Origin: Octopus bimaculoides
Lineage: Eukaryota
NCBI RefSeq assembly: GCF_001194135.2
Contig: NC_068993.1
Location: 51,699,349 to 51,731,680, forward strand
Direction of reading: 5' to 3'
DNA length: 32,332 nucleotides
Position 1 is the stretch's first letter. The number at the start of each line of letters is the position of its first letter. Positions 24,345 to 32,332 of the stretch are shown here, one piece after another. The position numbers and the translations under genes are program-made. A model generated the notes under the pieces. It was not told the DNA's origin. It saw only the letters and a list, made by a program, of their open reading frames with translations, and ran no database searches.

Positions 24345-24830
24345 CCAAAGGTATATTCCAAGGGTATTCCCACTCTCTAATTATTAGCACCTTTAATCAA
24401 CACACTAAAAGGACGAGGGAACGAATATAAGTATGCGATAAGGAATAGCGATCCTGTATAAAAGTCACAATAATATGTGACCTGCAGATGACAAAAGTAT
24501 TCAATGAGAAAGGTGGTATGAAACTTTAGTTTAGATATATTCGCCAAAACTCTATTGAAAAGAAGAAATGTAAAACTAATGTCAATTCCGTTAAAGAAAC
24601 TGAGATAAGAGAATTAGACCAAACACAGACTTACAAATGTTTAAGAATTAATGAACTCGCCAAAGCAAAAAAGAGAGAATGAAAACAAAAAATACATTTT
24701 AGAAAAGATTATTGATAGATTGTATAAGATAAATATTTAAACTGAGTTAAATGCCAAAAACAAGATAATGCCTATCAATACTTGAGCTGTTTCACTAATA
24801 AGTTGGAGTTATATTATTCTTCATTGAAAA
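24345..24830 (+). mobile_element. Decayed R4/Dong-like RT fragment (domains 4-7); may extend upstream to ~23730
   Basis: It reads KGIFQGYSHS (matching GIFQGDSLS), a degenerate M-x-DLQM at the YMDDLK position, GMKL, ETEIRELDQTQTYKCLRINE, and TELNAKNKIMPINT*AVS. A weaker upstream WIWGAFDRV (24103-24129) and EWLN are consistent with RT domains 0-3. Confidence 0.8.
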
Positions 24831-24871
24831 ACGTTAAGTGAATTATTTTGAGCGCGATAAGGAGCGAGGAA

Positions 24872-25060
24872 AATAATGGTTTTTGATTTAGGCACAAGGT
24901 TAGAAATCGTGAAGGGAAGGTATTAGCTGATATCATCGAACACGCTCATTGGCTGGTACTGCTACTAATTTTTTATCGACCCCGGAAGGATGAAAGGCAA
25001 TTTTGACGGCGGAGAGATTTGAATTCAATAAGCAAAGAGAGAGAAGTACTGCAAGGAATA
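24872..25060 (-). mobile_element. SINE family I copy, 5' end degenerate
   Basis: The reverse complement has GAATTCAAATCTCTCCGCCG, TGCCTTTCATCCTTCCGGGGTCGATAAAA and a CCTTGTGCCTAAATCAAAAACCATTATT 3' end. Confidence 0.82.
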
Positions 25061-25306
25061 TGTGTACGTGTGTGTTCGCGCGCCCTCATGGATATCTAGG
25101 TATGTGCATTGTGAACGAGATTGTGTGGTTGTGTGTCTGTGCATGTGTGTGCGTGCGCGCGGACACCCGCGTACCTGTGTGAGTACACATCCATATACAT
25201 ACAGAACTCCGAAAATGCAAGATCAGCAAATAAAGCTGCTGATCGAAGAGAGATGTTGTGCTGATTCAACTGGAGGGTATTGATGCAACCGAAAAGACAT
25301 GTCTGC

Positions 25307-25344
<38 letters not shown>

Positions 25345-25465
25345 CAGGTAGAGAAGTAACACACGAGTTGATATGTATAAGGAAAATAGGACAAGGTCGA
25401 AAATAATTTTATCATGAAGAACATTTTAGTACCGGTTTCAGTTTTTGCGACTTTTCCAACTAAGA

Positions 25466-25850
25466 GTTGTTGTTGTTGGCACTCCGTCGCTTACGACGTC
25501 GAGGATTCCAGTTGATCCGATCAACGGAACAGCCTGCTCGTGAAATTAACGTGCAAGTGGATGAGCACTCCACAGACACGTGTACCCTTAACGTAGTTCT
25601 TGGGGGATATTCAGCGTGACACAGTGTGACAAGGCTGACCCTTTGAATTACAGGCACAACAGAAACAGGAAGTAAGAGTGAGAGAAAGTTGCGGTAGAAG
25701 TGTACAACAGGGTTCGCCACTATTCCCTGCCGGAGCCTCGTAGAGCTTTAGGTATTATCGCTCAATAAACACTCACAACGCCCAGTCTGGGAATCGAAAC
25801 CGCGATCCTATGACCGCGAGTCCGCTGCCCTAACCACTGGGCATTACTCC
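25466..25850 (-). mobile_element. Full-length tRNA(Arg)-like-derived SINE, family III, with (CAA)n tail
   Basis: The reverse-complement head GCCCAGTGGTTAGGGCAGCGGACTCGCGGTCATAGGATCGCGGTTTCGATTCCC is colinear with the D, anticodon and T arms of a tRNA (D stem GCCC/GGGC; A box ~25829-25843; B box ~25789-25801). It is followed by a ~300 bp unique body, two stem-loops and (CAA)4. tRNA-Arg-derived octopus SINEs (OR1/OR2) are published, but identity with them is not verified. Confidence 0.85.
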
Positions 25851-26073
25851 CACTGCCACGCTCAACACTACTACTTAAAAAAAACATCATCAACTCTCCC
25901 TAAATTCTTTGTCTCTCTTTTTCTCCCTCTCTCTTTCTCACTCTCTCTGTTTTCGCCACCACGCTCACCGTCTCTATGCCTACTATTACTCTCACCCCAT
26001 CATGAGGAATAGTAGGAGTGTCAGTGAATAGTGAGAGAGGGGGAGTCTAAGTGTGACATCAATAATAATAATG

Positions 26074-26115
<42 letters not shown>

Positions 26116-26116
26116 G

Positions 26117-26357
26117 TACGATTTAAAGTGGGAAATACGAAGGTTGAGGTCAATGAAGAGAGTATACGTGATACCAATAGTAATTGGTGCATTTGGAAGA
26201 ATCAGCGCTCAACTACCAACCTGGCTGAAACAGATCGGTGCAAGTGTGAAGGTAAAACACCTTGAAACATGACCAGTAAACAAGTGTCACCTTTGTCTGC
26301 TGACTGTAGACACCTGACACTTTCCATCACACCCAGCAAAATAAGCTGTGAGTTTTC

Positions 26358-26418
<61 letters not shown>
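26117..26418 (+). mobile_element. Short 3'-terminal R4/Dong-like (RLE) insertion with 3' UTR and (TAA)n tail
   Basis: There are 51 uninterrupted codons, YDLKWEIRRLRSMKRVYVIPIVIGAFGRISAQLPTWLKQIGASVKVKHLET* (26117-26272), followed by an ~85 bp UTR and (TAA)n at ~26358-26418. (AAT)n also lies immediately 5' of it (26060-26115). Confidence 0.88.
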
Positions 26419-26419
<1 letters not shown>

Positions 26420-26630
26420 GTTTCACATTTTGCCACAAGGGCGGCAATTTTGGAAGAGGAGATGACTCGATAACATCGACCCAGTGTACAACTGGTACTT
26501 ATTTTATCGACCCTGAATGGATGAAAGGCAAAGTCGGCCTCGGTAGAATTGGAACACAGAATGTAAAGACAGGAAAAATGCTTAGCAGCATTTTGCCCGG
26601 CGCGCTAACGATTCATCCAGCTCTCCCCCT
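26419..26630 (-). mobile_element. SINE family I (variant subfamily), full length
   Basis: The reverse complement reads GAGCTGGATGAATCGTTAGCGCGCCGGGCAAAATGC..GTTCCAATTCTACCGAGGCCGACTTTGCCTTTCATCC..GTCGATAAAATAAGTACCAG..GTGAAACC, followed by (ATT)n. Confidence 0.9.
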
Positions 26631-26724
26631 TCAATAATATTACTATTGGTAATAATAATGATAAACCTAAGCAAATATATTTACCCCATCACCACCATCC
26701 GACCAACGCTACCTATGTATTCCC

Positions 26725-26726
<2 letters not shown>

Positions 26727-26786
<60 letters not shown>

Positions 26787-27028
26787 NNNNNNNNNNNNNN
26801 NNNNNNNNNNNNNNNNNNNNNNNNNNNNNNNNNNNNNNNNTACACACATACACTACCAGCCTCCCCTTCATCACAACTTCTACGTCCTTTTCTACTCCAA
26901 TTATTCCACCCAACCGTTTCCATAGAACTCAAAAGAGATTAGCGGTAATCCATAATCTATTTAGCGGACAACGTAAATAATAGAAAATGATGCTTGGCGC
27001 TTAACATATTTTGGCCAAGACTCCAGCA

Positions 27029-27084
<56 letters not shown>

Positions 27085-27293
27085 CTTGACCACTCTTTCT
27101 TTCTCTCTTCCCCATTCTTTCTCCATCTCTGCCTATCTCTAACTCATCTCCAATTCTCCCACTCACTTCATCTCTCCCACTCAGTCTCCGTATTTCTCTG
27201 TCTCTTCCTGTCTTTATGTCCATCTCTCCTCTCTCTTTCCAACTTTCTGCCCTAACTCCCACTCCTTGTCAGTTTCTCCCCGTCTCTCTTCCC

Positions 27294-27326
<33 letters not shown>

Positions 27327-27490
27327 TCCCTAACCCCATTTCCAACTGTTCTCTCGCCTTTTCCCTCTGTTTTCAACATTTCCTCTTTCTCTCGCTCTCT
27401 GACCATCTCCTTTCTCTCTATTTACCTCTCCCCATTTTCCCCTCTCTATCCATGTCTCTTTTTCTCTCCCTCCCCCTTTCTCTCTAATAT
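26727..27490. repeat. (CA)n, then a ~470 bp polypyrimidine (CT-rich) tract at ~27020-27490
   Basis: Read directly. Includes the gap at 26787-26840. Confidence 0.95.
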
Positions 27491-28037
27491 AACCTCCAAC
27501 TACAACTAGATATATTAGATTTCCCATGAGTCGTTAAATCTTTACGCCATTCTAAGTATTACTTCCCATAATACCATACGTGAGAGATAATCCAGTTAAT
27601 CCTGTTGCCTTCGATATATGTCTGCTTCTGTCCTTGCTGTGCCACGTTCGATGTCTTGTGGCTCCTCAAGGGATCCAGGGACTGAGAGCGCTGGCTGTGA
27701 GTCTAGGCATTCATTTCCATTAATAGCTATTTCTGGTATGTAACGTAGTTAATAGAGTGTGCGCATGTGTCTGTGCGTGTGACTGTATTTGTATGTGTGC
27801 GAGTATGTGTATATGTGTACGATCTCTGCTTGTTTGAAAACGCAAGAGAGAGAGAGGGGGGGAGAGAGAAACAAGCAGAGAGACAGAGAGGATAAGAAAG
27901 AGAGAAAGCAACTGAGAGAAAAAGTCAACACGTTACGGCCTACACTTGTCCCCCGAGTTACGCAAAGGTACGTTTATGCATTCATACGCACATGCGCACT
28001 CACCGACTTCTACACAAGCACAAATAAAGAACACGTA

Positions 28038-28068
<31 letters not shown>

Positions 28069-28086
28069 TTACCTATCTATTTACCT

Positions 28087-28328
28087 AACAACAACAACAA
28101 TAATAATAATAATAATCCTTTCTACTATAGGTACAAGACCTGAAATTTGGTGGGAGAGAGCCAGTCGATTAGCACAACCCAAGTACGCAATTGGTACTTA
28201 ATTTATCGACTCCGAGAGGATGAAAGGCAAAGTTGACCTCGGCGGAATTTGAACTCAGAACGTAAAGACAGACGAAATACCGCTAAGCATTTCTCCCGGC
28301 GTGCTAACGTTTCTGCCAGCTCCCCGCC
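28087..28328 (-). mobile_element. Full-length tRNA-derived SINE, family I, with (ATT)n(GTT)n tail
   Basis: The reverse complement starts GGCGGGGAGCTGGCAGAAACGTTAGCACGCCGGG. It has a B box GAGTTCAAATTCC (28244-28256) and a central CCTTTCATCCTCTCGGAGTCGATAAATTAAGTACC, and ends GTAGAAAGG-(ATT)n. It is homologous to several other copies in the window. Confidence 0.92.
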
Positions 28329-29347
28329 TTACTAGTTGTATAGTAAATGTCATACGAGAGTTACGTTAATCTAGGACGATTATTATAACTGGGTCTCCTA
28401 CAAAAAATCTCAAAAGTTCTGGAATTCACCTCATAAGTCTATTTGTGCGTGCGTATGTGTGTTTGTATTTAAGTGTGTGTATGTGATTGCGGTCTGCAGG
28501 GTTGTGATCGACAGAATGTGTAAATGTGAGAGGAAGAGACAGAGAGAGGGAGAGGACAAGAACAAAGGAATGAATGGCAATAAAGAACGGCTTATAAATA
28601 TAAAGTGACTGTGGTTATCGATTATGCGAATGTGGGATTGTGTATGATGAGTGCGTGAGGGAGGGAGGGGGTGGATGGGAAGGTGGAAGGTTGGCGAGAA
28701 AGAGGGAGATGGGGGGNNNNNNNNNNNNNNNNNNNNNNNNNNNNNNNNNNNNNNNNNNNNNNNNNNNNNNNNNNNNNNNNNNNNNNNNNNNNNNNNNNNN
28801 NNNNNNNNNNNNNNNNNNNNNNNNNNNNNNNNNNNNNNNNNNNNNNNNNNNNNNNNNNNNNNNNNNNNNNNNNNNNNNNNNNNNNNNNNNNNNNNNNNNN
28901 NNNNNNNNNNNNNNNNNNNNNNNNNNNNNNNNNNNNNNNNNNNNNNNNNNNNNNNNNNNNNNNNNNNNNNNNNNNNNNNNNNNNNNNNNNNNNNNNNNNN
29001 NNNNNNNNNNNNNNNNNNNNNNNNNNNNNNNNNNNNNNNNNNNNNNNNNNNNNNNNNNNNNNNNNNNNNNNNNNNNNNNNNNNNNNNNNNNNNNNNNNNN
29101 NNNNNNNNNNNNNNNNNNNNNNNNNNNNNNNNNNNNNNNNNNNNNNNNNNNNNNNNNNNNNNNNNNNNNNNNNNNNNNNNNNNNNNNNNNNNNNNNNNNN
29201 NNNNNNNNNNNNNNNNNNNNNNNNNNNNNNNNNNNNNNNNNNNNNNNNNNNNNNNNNNNNNNNNNNNNNNNNNNNNNNNNNNNNNNNNNNNNNNNNNNNN
29301 NNNNNNNNNNNNNNNNNNNNNNNNNNNNNNNNNNNNNNNNNNNNNNN

Positions 29348-29489
29348 GAGGGGAGGGGAAGAAGAAGAAGAAATACGGAAAGAAAGAAAGAAAGAAAGAA
29401 AGAAAGACAAAAAGAAGGAAAGACAGAAAGAAGGAAGGAAAGAAAGACAAAAAGACAGAAAGAAAGAAAGAAGGAAGGAAATAAATAAC

Positions 29490-29535
<46 letters not shown>

Positions 29536-29572
29536 AAAAAGAAAGAAAGAAAAAAAGAAAGAAAGAAGAACA
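29348..29572. repeat. (GAAA)n/(GAAG)n polypurine tract
   Basis: Read directly. It follows the gap at 28717-29347. Confidence 0.96.
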
Positions 29573-29949
29573 AGGATATTGTGTAATTTATTCCTGCTAT
29601 GTTTTGAAGAACTCATTAAAGACATTTTTACCAATGTAGTATTTTCTTTCACCAATTCCTGTCTCGGCCATTTCACTGGAGATTTTAATCTTTTCAAATC
29701 TGTCTGTCTGGAACTGTCAATATTTAATGTCAGATTCTACAAAAGTGCAAAATGCATGATTTTTAAAATCGAGACTGAAAAATATTCTATATTCAGACGT
29801 CCCTATAGGCGGAAAAATAAAATTATGAATAAAGAAATATTATCATATTCTGAATAGAGTATGTTGTGTGTGTGTGTGTGTGTGTGTGTGATGCATTGGA
29901 GACGACTAGCGAAGTGAAGGTAAAAAATAACGTTACTACATACTGCTGG

Positions 29950-30010
29950 AAAGTGGGATTGAAACATTACTCTTTAAGGACTGCAAAGCGAGCTGTTAGG
30001 AAACTTGGCA
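29950..30010 (-). mobile_element. Degenerate SINE family II tRNA-like head
   Basis: The reverse complement AGCTCGCTTTGCAGTCC..GTTTCAATCCCAC resembles the family II head and B box. Confidence 0.4.
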
Positions 30011-30661
30011 AAACGCTTCTGTGTGTGTGTGTGTGTGTATAGTCGAACGTCATTTTCCCCGCCTCTCGATATCTTTTTTCCCTGCTATTTATTCTATATC
30101 CTCTCAAAATTTCTCCCTGGCGTTACGCATTACACATTACAATTCATCTTGGCCTAACGGCCCTAAACGTCTATCTTCGCCGATCGTGTCCTTACGTCCA
30201 CTGTGGTGTCGTTTGGTCGTTCGAAGCGCTAACTCTCCACAGATTTTATATTTTTAAAATTTCTGGATGCTGCTGTCTTATGAAGATTTCCTGTCTTGTC
30301 GACAAAAGCACGAAACAGATAGTAATAAACAGTCGACAACTGAGGAGAAGTTAGACCTCTTTTGGTATTTTGTCCCGTACTTGTCTTTCATTGTGTGTTC
30401 ACGTATTTTTCGCTCGTTGGTGATGTCCTGTACATTATATGCATTTTTCATTTTTATTTAATGATTGAACGCCACGCAGCCTTTGTCAACAGTAAGTTTT
30501 TACATTTATATATAATCTCTCCGGCTCTGTTCTCTGCCTATTTTCTTTCTCTCTCTCTATCCCTCTATAATCCTTTATATTTCTTTTTCTCACCCTCCTT
30601 CTTTGTTGTCTCCCGTCTGTCTTTCGTTGACTCCCTTTCTTTCCTTCTCCCTTCTCCTCAC

Positions 30662-30808
30662 TCAGTTTCCATATACCAAATCCACTCACAAGGCTTTCGT
30701 CGGCCCGAGGGTATAGCAGAAGACCTCTCTTGCCTGAGGTGCTAAGCAATGGGACAAGAACCCAGAACCCTGTGGTTGGGAAGCAAGCTTCTTACCACAC
30801 AGGCGCCT
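30662..30808 (-). mobile_element. SINE family II, 5' half
   Basis: The reverse complement GTGTGGTAAGAAGCTTGCTTCCCAACCACAGGGTTCTGGGTTC..AAAGCCTTGTGAGTGGATTTGGTATATGGAAACTGA is clearly homologous to 15740-15860. It retains an ~19 bp segment that the 15.7 kb copy lacks. Confidence 0.88.
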
Positions 30809-30879
30809 AAACGAAAATTGGTTATTTCTAACAGAGCGAGCTACCATAAAAAAAGGACTCCGTATTATGCTCGTCCTTA

Positions 30880-31196
30880 TTAGTGTGATGGTGGTGATGA
30901 TGATGGCGTCATCATCATTGTTACTGATGTTAGCGGGGATGGTCATGGTGGTTGTGGTTGTGGTGATGACAAAGGTGGTGGAGGGTGCAAATAATACAAA
31001 AATCACATCAAGAAATCACACACCACAACTACCATCAGCACAGTTAATATCATCATCATAATCATCAGCATTGCTGTTTTTGTGATCATTATCAACGTCA
31101 TCCTTATTGTCATCATCATCATTACATCATCGGCGTCGTCATCGTCATCATCATGGCCATCATCGTCGTCGTCATCATCATCATCATCATTTTTAA

Positions 31197-31234
<38 letters not shown>

Positions 31235-31476
31235 ACTTTAACATCATCATCATCAACATCGCCATAATCGTCATCACCATCATCATCATCATCATCATTA
31301 GCATCCTCACCATCATCATCATCATTATCAACATCATTGTCATCATCTTCTTCGCCATAATCGTCATCGTAGTCATCGCCATCATTATCATCATCATCAT
31401 CATCATCAACAACCTCATCGGCGTCGTCAGTATGATCATATGGCCATCATAGTCATCATCATCAACATCACTATTG

Positions 31477-31520
<44 letters not shown>

Positions 31521-31560
31521 GTCATCATCATCATCACTATCATCAACGTCAACAATATCA
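30880..31560. repeat. (GAT/GGT) tract followed by long degenerate (CAT)n with internal duplications
   Basis: Read directly. Repeated sub-blocks include CATCGGCGTCGTCA..TGGCCATCAT (~31128 and ~31417) and TCGCCATAATCGTCATC (~31259 and ~31351). Confidence 0.95.
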
Positions 31561-31639
31561 GATTCCCTAATAGTGAAATCCTTTCTTTTATATCCCTCTA
31601 TTAAATACTCATAACACACACAAACACACACACTGCCAC

Positions 31640-31670
31640 TCTCTTCTCTCTTTCTCTCTTTCTCTCTCTA

Positions 31671-31706
<36 letters not shown>

Positions 31707-32332
31707 TTTCCGTCCATCTCTCTCTTTCCGTCCATCTCTCTCTCTCTCTCTCTACATCACTCCCTCTCTCTTAAAATGACACACATCACCCATCGCGACG
31801 TCTTCGCTCCCCACTACAAGCACATACACACGCACACAACCCTTTACTTAATGCCACACCAGCCGTCGATATCTGCCCTCCCCCCCCCACCACCACCACT
31901 CAGACACAGCCGCCATATCAGAACAACTATCACTCACTCCAAACACCGATCTATTGATTCGGTTTGATCCGAGTTCAGAATAATACAGAAATTGAATTAG
32001 AATCAATGGGAAAATTCGTAAGAGAAAATGGAATTCAACTGGCAGTAAACACGACTTGGATAACCTTCACTGGTTGTGATGTAGCCTTTGTTATACATAC
32101 GCACATGTGTCAGTGTACACATACATACATACATGCATACATACATACATACACACACATATATATATACATATACATACATACATATACATATATATAT
32201 ACATATACACATTACATATATGTAAGCCATAGACACACACATATATATGTATGATGTACATATATATGATGTGTGTATGTATTATGTATGTATATATATA
32301 TATATATATATATATGCATATATATATATATA
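31640..32332. repeat. (CT)n with an 18 bp tandem duplication, C-rich tract, and terminal (TACA)/(TA)n
   Basis: Read directly. Confidence 0.9.

Larger units (their letters stand above)
1157..29347. other. Eleven assembly gaps (1157-1179, 4153-4344, 6194-6604, 7545-7673, 8723-9162, 12893-12902, 14632-15118, 18496-18546, 18876-19388, 26787-26840, 28717-29347)
   Basis: These are N runs, and each abuts a microsatellite or low-complexity tract on at least one side. Order and distance across the gaps depend on scaffolding. Confidence 0.99.

Noticed and set aside
25775-25850. tRNA gene
   Set aside because: The acceptor and anticodon stems pair poorly, and the head continues into a SINE body and tail. 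It is a SINE head, not a functional tRNA.
26269-26637. 122-aa + strand ORF
   Set aside because: It is a read-through of the Dong 3' UTR, (AAT)n and an antisense SINE.
30225-30365. Textbook acceptor CTAAC-TCTCCACAG at 30242
   Set aside because: All three frames stop before a good donor, so it could only be a terminal or non-coding exon, and there is no further support.
517-32254. Most ORFs in the supplied track (poly-I/Y, poly-H/T, poly-D, poly-S, poly-V and X-filled ORFs)
   Set aside because: They are translations of microsatellites or N-gaps, which lack stops by construction. They have no splice or domain support.
1-32332. CRISPR array, prokaryotic operon or defence system, LTRs, DNA-transposon TIRs
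   Set aside because: I saw no repeat-spacer periodicity, no long ORFs, and no long terminal direct or inverted repeats. The sequence is eukaryotic repeat-rich DNA.

Overview
Eukaryotic, AT-rich, draft-assembly DNA dominated by microsatellites, with 11 N-gaps (about 2.9 kb, ~9%), most of them flanked by simple repeats. The SINE families match, from memory, those of coleoid cephalopods (probably Octopus). There are no complete genes, rRNA, genuine tRNA or CRISPR arrays, and almost every ORF in the supplied track is a translated microsatellite or gap. What can be supported is: (i) decayed non-LTR retrotransposon fragments from three clades, namely three L1/Tx1-like pieces, four R4/Dong-like (restriction-like endonuclease, RLE) pieces and one RTE/RTEX-like 3' end; (ii) about a dozen copies of three tRNA-derived SINE families; (iii) a possible + strand spliced gene fragment of four phase-compatible micro-exons (15232-23227), with an unidentified product that may be secreted or membrane-bound. 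I found no convincing novel multi-gene system. The best leads are the hidden exon chain, a Dong-like element apparently inserted into the (TAA)n tail of a SINE, and a central domain shared between two otherwise unrelated SINE families. All alignments were done by eye, so element boundaries are approximate to about 10-30 bp.
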